DNA of 44,496 nucleotides, taken from NCBI GenBank assembly GCA_937897575.1, contig CALCQG010000058.1, positions 1 to 44,496 of the forward strand, read 5' to 3'. How positions within the stretch are numbered: the first letter of the stretch is position 1; the number at the start of each line of letters is the position of its first letter. A program made the translations under genes and the position numbers. Below, piece by piece: positions 1 to 8,598 of this stretch. The notes beneath the pieces were generated by a model. That model had not been told where the DNA came from, made no database searches, and saw nothing but the letters and a program-made list of their open reading frames with translations. Origin of the DNA: an uncultured Synergistales bacterium (lineage in GTDB: Bacteria > Synergistota > Synergistia > Synergistales > Aminobacteriaceae).

Positions 1-31
1 AAACAAAAGGCCCCTCCCGGAGGAGGGGCCT
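1..31 (-). terminator. Rho-independent terminator of the aminotransferase gene
   Basis: Stem GGCCCCTCC-cgga-GGAGGGGCC (9-30), followed on the minus strand by TTTTGTTT, just after the stop at 48. Confidence 0.8.
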
Positions 32-47
32 CGGTCACCGTATCCGC

Positions 48-1217
48 TCAGCGGGCGGGGATGCTGCCCTCGGTGAGAATCCCCGACAGCCTGGAGATGG
101 TCTCCCGGATGGTGCTCTCGCTGACGGCGAAGCACATGCGGATGTACCCCTCTCCGGCCGCCCCGAAGGCCGTGCCGGGGATGGAGAGGATCTGGGCGCG
201 CTTCAGCCAGTCGATGGCCACGTCGTGGGACTTTCCGTGCTTCGAGATGTTCGGGAAGACGTAGAAGGCCCCTTCGGGCGCGAGACAGGTCACGCCGGGC
301 AGGGAGTTGAGGCCGTCGACGAGGATCTTGCGGCGCGCGGCGTAGGTTTTCCGCATCTCCTCCACGTAGTCCTGAGAGCCCTCGAGGGCCTCGATGGCGG
401 CCCACTGGGACGGCTCGTTGACGCAGGACCCCATGCCCTCCTGAAGCTTGCAGAGGGATTTCACGATCTCCACGGGCCCCTGAACGTAGCCGATGCGCAG
501 CCCCGTCATGGCGTAGGTCTTCGAGAAGGTGTTGGCCGTGAAGACATAGTCCTGCATGCCCGGGAGGGAGCCGATGCTCACGTGCTCCGCTCCGTCGTAG
601 AGAAGCTGCTCGTACGGCTCGTCGGAGATGACGGCGATGTCGTGCTTCTTCATCAGGTCGGCGATCTCCTGGAGCTCTTCCCTCGTCGTGACGCCCCCCG
701 TGGGGTTGGACGGGGAGTTCAGGAGGAGCAGGCGGGTCTTCGGCGTGATGTACCTCTCGAGGACCTCGGCTCGCACGTGGAACTTGTGCTCCTCAAGGAG
801 GGGGTAGAAGACCGCCTTGCACCCCGCCGTGTGGACTTGGCCCTGGTAGTTCGACCACGCCGGGTCGGGGAGGAGCACCTCGTCGCCCGGGTCCGTCACG
901 CCGAGGATGGTGGTCATGATGGCGCCGCAGGCACCGTTGCTCATCATCACGGACTCGGGCGCGCAGTCGATGTTGTTCTCCCTCTTGAGTTTGCGGGCGA
1001 TGGCCGCCCGAAGCGGGGCGATGCCCGCCGTGGGGGTGTACTTGTTTTTTCCGTCGTCGATGGCCTTCTTCATGGCCTCCGCCACGTTGGCACCGATGTT
1101 GAAGTCCGGCTCGCCAATGCCCAGATTCAGAACGTTCTTGTACCCTGCCGCCAGGGCCCCCATGGCCCTGATGCCCGATGCCGGACACGTGCTCGCTCTC
1201 TTGCTCGCCTGTACCAT
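48..1217 (-). CDS. Class I/II PLP-dependent aminotransferase (aspartate aminotransferase-like)
   Basis: Motifs LGIGEPDF, YTPTAG, NSPSNPTG, ISDEPY, FSKTYAMTGLRIG (PLP Lys), PEGAFY, GYIR; 389 aa. Confidence 0.93.
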   Translation of the reverse strand: MVQASKRASTCPASGIRAMGALAAGYKNVLNLGIGEPDFNIGANVAEAMKKAIDDGKNKYTPTAGIAPLRAAIARKLKRENNIDCAPESVMMSNGACGAIMTTILGVTDPGDEVLLPDPAWSNYQGQVHTAGCKAVFYPLLEEHKFHVRAEVLERYITPKTRLLLLNSPSNPTGGVTTREELQEIADLMKKHDIAVISDEPYEQLLYDGAEHVSIGSLPGMQDYVFTANTFSKTYAMTGLRIGYVQGPVEIVKSLCKLQEGMGSCVNEPSQWAAIEALEGSQDYVEEMRKTYAARRKILVDGLNSLPGVTCLAPEGAFYVFPNISKHGKSHDVAIDWLKRAQILSIPGTAFGAAGEGYIRMCFAVSESTIRETISRLSGILTEGSIPAR

Positions 1218-1299
1218 ATGAGATCACACCCTTTATGCGTTATGGCTCCCCGGGGGGAGAAAATACACCATCCTGTATGATGCATTGTATATTGTACAG

Positions 1300-2223
1300 T
1301 TAAAAGACGGCTCGGTCCATATCCTCCAGCTTCTTCGCGCTGATGCCGATACCGCCGCATACGACCACGAGAAGCGTCCGTGCGTCCTCGGGCAGTTTTC
1401 CCTCGTAGACCTGGGCGAGGGAGATGCCGCACGCCGGCTCAACAAGGACCCGGTGATCGTCGAGAAAGCGTTTGCAGGCATTCACCGCCGATCGGTCCGT
1501 CCCCACATGGGAGACGATCCTGTGGGTCCGTTCGACCTCGAGGGCCCTCGGGGCCACGGCGAGGGAGCCGAGGGACGTGGCGACGGAGGAGATTTTCGGG
1601 AGGCGCACGACCCTCCCCGCACTGAGGGCCGCGGCGTAGGACGCGGCCCCCTCGGTCTCGCACGCCACCACGGAGACGTCCTCCCATCCGTTGCGGTCCA
1701 TGCCGACCACGACACCGCAGAGGAGGCCGCCGCCCCCCACGGACAGGACGATGGCGTCGGGTTTGTCCATCTGCTCCGCAGCCTCGTCGATCATGGTCCC
1801 GTGCCCCTCCCACAGCAGAGGGTCGTCGAAGGCGTGGACGTATCTGGCCCCCCTGTGTTTCGACGCGAGGGCCAGGGCGAAGTCGTTGGACTCCTCCCAC
1901 ACCGACCCCTCGACCACGACCTCGGCGCCGAGGGCGGTGATGGTGTTCTTCGCCTCCTCGGAGGTGGTCTTGGGCACCACCACTGTGGTAGGAATGCCGA
2001 GGGCCCGCCCGGACCACGCGGCGGCATACCCGGCGTTGCCGCCGGACGGGGCGATGAAGCGTGTGGCGCCCTCCCTCGCGGCCGTCTCGCAGAGATGCCC
2101 TACGCCCCGGAGCTTGAATGACCCCGAGGGCTGCATGTTCTCCATCTTCAGGAAGACCCTCCGGCCCGACGCCCCGCTCAGGGGGATGGATTCGAGCAGG
2201 GGCGTGCCCCTGTGCAGGGTCAT
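1300..2223 (-). CDS. PLP-dependent L-serine/threonine dehydratase (fold type II, SDS-like)
   Basis: LKMENMQPSGSFKLRG (PLP Lys), SGGNAG, SVGGGGL, VEPACG, VCGG; start overlaps the stop of the amidohydrolase. Confidence 0.88.
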   Translation of the reverse strand: MTLHRGTPLLESIPLSGASGRRVFLKMENMQPSGSFKLRGVGHLCETAAREGATRFIAPSGGNAGYAAAWSGRALGIPTTVVVPKTTSEEAKNTITALGAEVVVEGSVWEESNDFALALASKHRGARYVHAFDDPLLWEGHGTMIDEAAEQMDKPDAIVLSVGGGGLLCGVVVGMDRNGWEDVSVVACETEGAASYAAALSAGRVVRLPKISSVATSLGSLAVAPRALEVERTHRIVSHVGTDRSAVNACKRFLDDHRVLVEPACGISLAQVYEGKLPEDARTLLVVVCGGIGISAKKLEDMDRAVF

Positions 2224-3413
2224 GCGGGACGGACCTCCTGCCAGGTGAGGGCGAAGTGCGCCATGACGGCGGCCCCGATCCAGAAGACCTCCTCGTTAAG
2301 GTCGAACTTCGGATGGTGGTGGGGGTAATCCCGTCCGTCGCCGAAGGTGGCGGGCAGGAAGAAGAAGGAGCCGGGGACCCTCTCCTGGAAGAAGGCCATA
2401 TCCTCACCGCCCATGGTCGGCTCGGCGACCTCGCGGACCTTGTCGGCCCCGAGCACATCTTCCATGGCCGCCTTCAACTTCTCGGTCATTGCCTTGTCGT
2501 TGATCAGAGGGGGCGGGCCGTAGGTGAAGGAGACGTCGGCAGTTCCGCCAAGCGTCTTGGCTGTTCCCTCGCAGATCTCGCGGACCCGTTCGCCCAGCTT
2601 TTTCCGCGTTTCGGGGGAGAGGGAGCGGAGCGTCCCGGCGATGGTGCAGCTGGGGGCGATGATGTTGGGCATGGTGCCGCCCTGGATGGTTCCCACGGTG
2701 ACCACGCCCGACTCGAGGGGGCTCGTCTCGCGGCTCACGATGAGCTGCATGGCCGAGACGGCCTGGCAGGCCATGGTGACGGGGTCGACGGTGAGGTGGG
2801 GTGTGGCGCCGTGCCCGCCCTTGCCGTTGAACGTGACGGTGAACCAATCCGCCGCGGCCATGATGGCGCCGAAGCGGTAGCCGGCCTCGCCGGCCGTTAC
2901 GCCCTTCCAGAGGTTCCCCGTGTGGAGGCCGATGATCCCGTCCAGGGCGGGGGCGTCGAGGACGCCGTCCTCGATCATGGCGGGCGCTCCCTTGCCGTTC
3001 TCCTCCGAGGGCTGGAAGAGGAGCTTGACGGTTCCCTGGAGGTCTTTTTTGTTCTCAGCCAGGATCTTCGTCGTGGCGAGGAGGATGGCGGCGTGGGCGT
3101 CGTGGCCGCAGGCGTGCATGTTGCCGTTGGTGGAGGCGAAGGGGAGCCCCGTGTCCTCCGTCATGTTGAGGGCGTCGTAGTCCGCCCGGATGCCGAGGAC
3201 CTTGCCCGGTTTGCCGCCCTTGATCAGGGCGACGATGCCCCGCTTTCCGTTTCCGTGCCGGATCTCGTCGACGCCGAAGGTCGACAGTCGTTCGAGGATG
3301 AACTGCTCCGTCCTGGGCGTCTCGAAACCGAGCTCGGGGATCTGATGGAGCGCCCTCCGCCACTGGACGATCTGGTCGTTCATGGCCCGGGCCTGCTTCG
3401 TCGTGTCCTGCAT
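2220..3413 (-). CDS. M20D family amidohydrolase
   Basis: WRRALHQIPELGF, RADYDAL, MHACGHDAH, FQPSEE, GKGGHGA, GGEDM, HHHPKFD; start moved to the ATG at 3413 after an AAGGAG RBS. Confidence 0.92.
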   Translation of the reverse strand: MQDTTKQARAMNDQIVQWRRALHQIPELGFETPRTEQFILERLSTFGVDEIRHGNGKRGIVALIKGGKPGKVLGIRADYDALNMTEDTGLPFASTNGNMHACGHDAHAAILLATTKILAENKKDLQGTVKLLFQPSEENGKGAPAMIEDGVLDAPALDGIIGLHTGNLWKGVTAGEAGYRFGAIMAAADWFTVTFNGKGGHGATPHLTVDPVTMACQAVSAMQLIVSRETSPLESGVVTVGTIQGGTMPNIIAPSCTIAGTLRSLSPETRKKLGERVREICEGTAKTLGGTADVSFTYGPPPLINDKAMTEKLKAAMEDVLGADKVREVAEPTMGGEDMAFFQERVPGSFFFLPATFGDGRDYPHHHPKFDLNEEVFWIGAAVMAHFALTWQEVRPA

Positions 3414-3477
3414 GGGATCATCTCCTTCTTCGGGGTGCTCGTGTCCTTCGCCCATAATATCACGGGAGGAACGGTCC

Positions 3478-3506
3478 TTGGCCGGGAGGGACATCCATAC
3501 TATAAT
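3478..3506 (+). promoter_or_regulatory. Sigma70-type promoter of methionine gamma-lyase
   Basis: TTGGCC (3478-3483), 17 nt, TATAAT (3501-3506); GGGAGG RBS before ATG 3541. Confidence 0.65.
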
Positions 3507-3540
3507 GAAAAAGACTACATATTCCACGGGAGGGACGATC

Positions 3541-4740
3541 ATGACCTACAAGTTCGACACGCAGTGCGTGCACCTCGGGACGCATCCCGACCCCGAGACG
3601 GGGGCTCTGGCGACACCGATCTACCAGACGTCCACCTTCGCGTTCAGGAACGCCGACGAGGGGGCCCGGCGTTTTCAGGGCGAGGAGGACGGGTACATCT
3701 ACACCAGGCTCGGCAACCCCAACCATACGGCGGTGGAGATCAAGGTCGCCGGTCTGGAGGGCGCAGAGGCCGGCGCCGCGGCCGCGTCGGGCATGGGCGC
3801 CATCTCGGCCGTGCTCTGGACCGCCCTGAAGGGGGGCGACCACGTCCTTGCGGGGAACTCGCTCTATGGCTGCACCTACTCCCTGATCAGCCACCACTTC
3901 CCGCACTACGGCATCGAGAGCACCTTCATGGATCTCACGGACCTCGACGCCGTCCGGAGGGCCATGAAGCCGAACACGAAGATGATCTACTGCGAGTCGC
4001 CGTCGAACCCGACGATGGCCATCGCCGACCTCGAAGGGCTGGCCCGCATCGCCCACGAAGGGGGCGCCATCCTCGTAGTGGACAACACCTACTGCTCACC
4101 GGTGGTCCAGCGCCCCATCGAGTTCGGAGCCGATGTGGTGCTCCACTCGGCCACGAAGTACCTCAACGGGCACGGCGACGTCATCGCCGGCGTGGCGGTG
4201 GGGAAGAGGGACTTCATCGAGAAGCTGAAGATGGAGGGGCTCAAGGACATGACCGGCGCGACGCTCTCGCCCTTCGACGCCTATCTGCTGCTTCGGGGCA
4301 TGAAGACGCTCCATATCCGGGTGCCCCGCCACTGCGAGACGGCCATGAAGGTGGCTCAGTTCCTCGAGAAGCGGCCCGAGGTGGAGCACGTGTGGTACCC
4401 CGGCCTGGAGAGCTTCCCCCAGAGGGAGTTGGCGGCAAAGCAGATGAAGTACTTCGGCGCCATGATCGCCATTGAACTGAAGGGCGGGTACGAGGCGGGC
4501 AAGAGGCTGATCAACAGCACGAAACTTTGGACGCTGGCTGTGAGCCTCGGTGACGCCGAATCCCTGGTGCAGCATCCGGCGTCCATGACCCACTCGGCCC
4601 TGTCGGACGACGAGCTGGCGGCGGCGGGGATCTCCAAGGGTCTCGTCCGCATGTCAGTCGGCCTGGAGGACCCGGACGATCTGATAGCAGATCTGAAACA
4701 GGCCCTGGAAGCCCAGGCCGTAGCGGGCATTCGCGCCTAG
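3541..4740 (+). CDS. megL: Methionine gamma-lyase
   Basis: PIYQTSTF, GYIYTRLGNP, SGMGAI, LYGCT (Cys typical of MGL), DNTYC, HSATKYLNGHGDV, AVSLGDAESL, RMSVGLED. Confidence 0.9.
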   Translation: MTYKFDTQCVHLGTHPDPETGALATPIYQTSTFAFRNADEGARRFQGEEDGYIYTRLGNPNHTAVEIKVAGLEGAEAGAAAASGMGAISAVLWTALKGGDHVLAGNSLYGCTYSLISHHFPHYGIESTFMDLTDLDAVRRAMKPNTKMIYCESPSNPTMAIADLEGLARIAHEGGAILVVDNTYCSPVVQRPIEFGADVVLHSATKYLNGHGDVIAGVAVGKRDFIEKLKMEGLKDMTGATLSPFDAYLLLRGMKTLHIRVPRHCETAMKVAQFLEKRPEVEHVWYPGLESFPQRELAAKQMKYFGAMIAIELKGGYEAGKRLINSTKLWTLAVSLGDAESLVQHPASMTHSALSDDELAAAGISKGLVRMSVGLEDPDDLIADLKQALEAQAVAGIRA

Positions 4741-4880
4741 GCGCCCGGTCTCGGCATACCCCGAGGGCTGATCCCTTCGGAGAGACCACCCTTTCCCCGA
4801 CCTGCGCAGACCGGGGTTTCTGTGTGCGGGTCGCCGCACGTCGGTGCCCGCCGAGCGCTCCAAGGCGAGGGATCAAACCC

Positions 4881-5420
4881 GTGGAGCACATCGTCAAGCT
4901 GTCCGTCCTCTTCGTCAGACTCAGGAAGCCGCCGCCCCTTGCGATTACCGCCGGCCAGGCACCATCACGGCGATCTGCATGCCCTTGCCTTCACCACTGT
5001 CCCCGGGGCTGGGATGCTTCTTCTCGTGCTCTTCATCAAGTTCAGGAGCCCGCTGCCCCTTGCGATCGCCGCAGGCCAGGCCGCCATCACGGCGATCTGC
5101 ATGCTCCTCGCCTTCGCCGCCGTCTCCGGGGTTGGGATGCTTCTTCTCGTGTTCTTCATCAAGCTCAGGAGGCCGCTGCCCTTGCGATCATCAGCTGCCA
5201 GGTCGCCATCACGACGATCTGCATGCCCCTCGTCTTCGCCACCGTCCCCGGAGCTGGGATGCTTCTTCTCGTGCTCCTCCTCGGCGCCGGATAGATCGCC
5301 ATGCAGATCTCGCCGGTGCGCATCAGCCTCGCCGTCGTCACGGAGTACTTCGGGACGTCCTTGGACGACCCGATCCGGCGGACGCTCCCCGCGGCCCTCC
5401 CGTTCTCCGGCGTTCTGATC
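4881..5420 (+). pseudogene. Decayed DUF401-like membrane protein gene with internal triplication
   Basis: Hydrophobic fragments spread over three frames; in-frame TAG at 5292-5294, then IAMQISPVRISLAVVTEYFGTSL, which resembles the DUF401 C-terminus as I recall it; GTG start at 4881. Confidence 0.55.
4908..5276 (+). repeat. Three imperfect tandem copies of a ~123-bp (41-codon) unit
   Basis: Units start at 4908, 5029 and 5152 (121, 123, 122 bp); each contains CCATCACG(G/A)CGATCTGCATGC and TGGGATGCTTCTTCTCGTG. Confidence 0.9.
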
Positions 5421-5511
5421 CTGCGCTCCCTTTTCCGTACCGGAGTCTTTGGGGTATGATGACGGACAGGGTGTGCAGAAAAGTCTGCCCGCCCGATCAG
5501 GAGGTGGAGCC

Positions 5512-6225
5512 ATGAAGAGTATCGTCTACACCATCACCGAGGATGTCTTCTCGCTGTTTCCGGACTACATCCGGGGCGTCGTGGTCCTGAAGGACGTCCG
5601 GAACGGCCCCTCCCCCGCGGAGCTCGTCGCCCTCCTTCGGGAGGCCGAGGAGAGGGTACGCTCCGAGGTGGACCCGGATAGAGTGTCGGAGCACCCCCGC
5701 ATCGCGTCGTGGCGCGAGGCCTTCCGGAAGACGGGCGTGAAGCCGGCGGAGTTCAGGTCGTCCATCGAGGCCATGGTGCGGCGGGTGATGAAGGGCAATG
5801 AACTCCCCTCCATCAGCGCCCTCGTGGACATCGGAAACGTGCTCTCCCTGCGGTACCTCGTCCCCACGGGGGGACACTCCCTGGACGACGTGCAGGGGGA
5901 CATCGCGCTCCGGTTCGCCACGGGGGAGGAGACCTTCATCCCCTTCGGCGAGGAGAAGGAGGAGCACCCGCTCAAAGGCGAGATCATCTTTGCCGAGGGC
6001 GACACGGTGATGACGAGGCGGTGGAGCTGGCGACAGGGGGTCCATACGCTGACGCTCCCCGAGACGAAGTTCCTCGAGTTCAACGTGGACGGCCTGCCTC
6101 CCGTTTCCCGGGGGGACGTGGAGGCCGTCTGCGGCGAGGTCATGGACCTCGCCTCCAGGTTCTGCGGCGGAACGGGACGGTACAGCCTCCTCACCCGTTC
6201 GACTCCCTCCATGACCCTCTCCTGA
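5512..6225 (+). CDS. Stand-alone B3/4 domain protein (PheRS-beta B3/B4-like)
   Basis: HPRIASWREAF, FRSSIEAMVRR, LPSISALVDIGN, GEIIFAE, TRRWSWRQ; AGGAGG RBS before ATG 5512. Confidence 0.88.
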   Translation: MKSIVYTITEDVFSLFPDYIRGVVVLKDVRNGPSPAELVALLREAEERVRSEVDPDRVSEHPRIASWREAFRKTGVKPAEFRSSIEAMVRRVMKGNELPSISALVDIGNVLSLRYLVPTGGHSLDDVQGDIALRFATGEETFIPFGEEKEEHPLKGEIIFAEGDTVMTRRWSWRQGVHTLTLPETKFLEFNVDGLPPVSRGDVEAVCGEVMDLASRFCGGTGRYSLLTRSTPSMTLS

Positions 6226-6246
6226 CGTCCGTGATGAACCGTATGG

Positions 6247-6281
6247 AACGGGGGCGCCGGATCATCCGGCGCCCCCGTTTT
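6247..6281 (+). terminator. Rho-independent terminator after the B3/4 gene
   Basis: 15-bp stem AACGGGGGCGCCGGA-tca-TCCGGCGCCCCCGTT followed by TT. Confidence 0.8.
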
Positions 6282-6526
6282 CGTCGTGTCCTTTCGTCAG
6301 GGCGTTCCGTTCCTTTCATGGCCGACGGAGCGCTCCCCGGGTTTTTGCAAGGGAGGGGAGCTGTCTGATGAGAAGGGCGAATTTACCTCCCGTGGATACT
6401 GTTGTTCGAGGCTTGGTACTGAAGAGGACCCCCGAGACGCCAGGGGCACCGCTGTCCCCCCCTGTTCTTCTGAATGCGTTCAAAGTACGTCCCTCCGATA
6501 TTCGAAAGCGACGAGTCGAAACGCGG

Positions 6527-6542
6527 CGTTTCCCGTGAAACC
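6527..6542. promoter_or_regulatory. parS-like site
   Basis: CGTTTCCCGTGAAACC; the core matches 13 of 14 bases of GTTTCACGTGAAAC; lies between the recognisable genes. Confidence 0.5.
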
Positions 6543-6923
6543 GAACATCGGGGGCAACCGTGTCCCTCCCATGAACTTATCCACCGAGAGATTGGCGTGG
6601 ATATCGGTAACGAGGACTGCAACGGAGAGAGGGGTACGATGCAGATCTGTTTGAGGGAAAGTCAAAGGATCGGCTATATCGTTTCGTCCTTCTTCCTCCA
6701 GATATTTTTGCGTTCTCTTCCAACAGCAGGAATCGGAAAAACTGCTGAACTCCTGCCGCTTCAGGCTCCATTCATTGCGGCCCCATCGTATGCAATCATG
6801 TCCTGAGGGTCTGTACACGACGACCTATTGCCATCGTTTTTCGGGCTGCCGTTCACCATGTGCCGAATATCTTTGCATGACAGATGAAGTAATGAAGAGA
6901 CGGTCTGGAAAATCCAGGAGGCA

Positions 6924-6969
6924 TTGACATCTAACATATTACGTGACATACTACGTAATATGTTAGATG
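6924..6969 (+). promoter_or_regulatory. Sigma70 promoter with overlapping 17-bp inverted-repeat operator
   Basis: TTGACA (6924-6929), 17 nt, TGn-CATACT (6947-6952); perfect arms CATCTAACATATTACGT (6928-6944) and ACGTAATATGTTAGATG (6953-6969). Confidence 0.85.
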
Positions 6970-7016
6970 CGAATCATGCAGTATTCAAGAAAAATGTTGT
7001 GTTGAGGGAGCGTACG

Positions 7017-7640
7017 ATGAAGAAAACAAAGAACGCGAACGCCTATGACACAATAAAGGACCTTATCCTCAGAGAGAATTTTGATAGAAACGCCATGCTC
7101 TCCATATCCGTTTTAGCCGAGCAAATCGGTATGGGGAGAGCGCCTGTATCCGATGCGGTGAAACGCCTGGAGTCCGAAGGTCTCTTGGTGATCAAACCCC
7201 GCCAGGGAATTGTGATCTACGAGATGACGGTACAGGAAATGAAGGATATCAACGAAACGCGTCTTCTCCTCGAACCCTACATCATGGAAAAAATTGCCCC
7301 CTCTGTTACCCCCGACGACATCACCGAGCTTACCAAATACATCAATGACATGGGCAAATGTGCCCTGAAGGATGACCACTACGGATTCATCGTCCTTGAC
7401 CACGGGATGCACAGCTACCTCTACGACCTTTGCGAGAACAGTTGTATGGCGGATATTCTCAAGAACCTGCGTGATCGCATGTTTACCGTGGGGTACAAGA
7501 TCATCGCCCGGCGGGAAGGGCGGATGCAGACCACGGTTCAGGAACACAAAGATATTTTGCTTGCCCTGAAGGCGAACGATTCACTGCGTGCGGCTGAGGC
7601 CGTGCGCCTCCATCTGACGAACGGTTCAAAGCTGATCTGA
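7017..7640 (+). CDS. GntR family transcriptional regulator (FCD C-terminal domain)
   Basis: wHTH AYDTIKDLI...LAEQIGMGRAPVSDAVKRLESEGLL...PRQG; FCD motifs D.GMH and EH..IL.AL...D...A..AVR.HL; RBS GAGGGAG before ATG 7017. Confidence 0.92.
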   Translation: MKKTKNANAYDTIKDLILRENFDRNAMLSISVLAEQIGMGRAPVSDAVKRLESEGLLVIKPRQGIVIYEMTVQEMKDINETRLLLEPYIMEKIAPSVTPDDITELTKYINDMGKCALKDDHYGFIVLDHGMHSYLYDLCENSCMADILKNLRDRMFTVGYKIIARREGRMQTTVQEHKDILLALKANDSLRAAEAVRLHLTNGSKLI

Positions 7641-7713
7641 TGTTTCCCGCACTTGATGTATTGCGCCACCCGTTTGAGCGGGTCTATCTATGAAAACGGA
7701 GGAGATGATATCG

Positions 7714-8535
7714 GTGAGTGTATTTACCATGGCAATGCTTCAGCTTGATACGCAGGACGAGAAAAAAGCGAACCTGAAACAGATATCGGAGATGATCGAC
7801 GAGGCAGCCTCTAAGCGAGCGCAATTTGTCTGTTTGCCGGAGATGGCGAACTACATAGGCATAGGGGATGGCCCGTTCATCAACGCGGAGGATGTGCCCG
7901 GAGGCGAGACGTCCGCTCTCTATGCGGAAAAGGCGAAGAAGTACGGGATATGGATCCACGGCGGCAGTATCACCGAGAAGATCCCTGGGGACAAGCACGT
8001 ATACAACACGACTGTGGTCGTAAACCCCAAGGGGGAGTTCGTCGCCAAATACCGCAAGATTCATCTGTACGATATCGACGTCAAGGACGGCGTTTCCTTC
8101 AAGGAGTCGGACTCCATCAAAGCCGGGGACGAGATCGTCACCTTCAATTCGGATTTCGGCCCCATGGGGCTCGCGATCTGTTACGACATACGATTCCCCG
8201 AACTCTTCCGGCTGCTGACCCTTCGCGGTGCCAAGCTGATATTCAACCCTGCGGAGTTCAACCTCTTCACGGGCAAGGACCACTGGGAGAATCTCGTCCG
8301 GGCGAGAGCCATAGAGAATGTCTGTTACATGGTCGCCCCGGGACAGTTCGGCCCCAAGAAGACGTTCCACACCTACGGACGGTCCATCGTGGTGGATCCA
8401 TGGGGCAACGTCATCGCCAAGGCCAGCGACCGTGCATGTGTTGTGACGGCTGAGATCGACATGGGCTACGTGGATACGATGAGAGCCCAGCTCCCCTGCA
8501 TCAAAAACCGTCGTCCGGATACATATAAGTGGTAA
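7714..8535 (+). CDS. Carbon-nitrogen hydrolase (nitrilase superfamily, Nit1/Nit2-like amidase)
   Basis: E-K-C triad in LPEM, YRKIHLYD and ICYDIRFPE; TGKDHWE, RARAIEN, GRSIVVDPWG; GTG start after GGAGG. Confidence 0.92.
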   Translation: MSVFTMAMLQLDTQDEKKANLKQISEMIDEAASKRAQFVCLPEMANYIGIGDGPFINAEDVPGGETSALYAEKAKKYGIWIHGGSITEKIPGDKHVYNTTVVVNPKGEFVAKYRKIHLYDIDVKDGVSFKESDSIKAGDEIVTFNSDFGPMGLAICYDIRFPELFRLLTLRGAKLIFNPAEFNLFTGKDHWENLVRARAIENVCYMVAPGQFGPKKTFHTYGRSIVVDPWGNVIAKASDRACVVTAEIDMGYVDTMRAQLPCIKNRRPDTYKW

Positions 8536-8598
8536 TAGAGCGAGTATCGGACTATCAATCTGCAAATCTATCCATAGGATAAGGGAGGTTGTGTCATC

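Noticed and set aside
2118..4475. 785-aa plus-strand ORF and other long alternative-frame ORFs (e.g. 7684-9720, 22909-24642, 25862-27868)
   Set aside because: They are shadow frames of well-supported genes in high-GC DNA, with skewed composition and no family motifs.
4908..5276. Possible CRISPR array or MITE in the tandem repeat
   Set aside because: Whole units are homologous, with no unique spacers or terminal inverted repeats, and they translate as membrane-protein fragments.
6368..6538. 56-aa ORF (MRRANLPPVD...) after a GGGAGG-like RBS, plus other short ORFs at 6.3-6.9 kb
   Set aside because: No recognisable family or transposase motif. It cannot be supported, though a small protein is not excluded.
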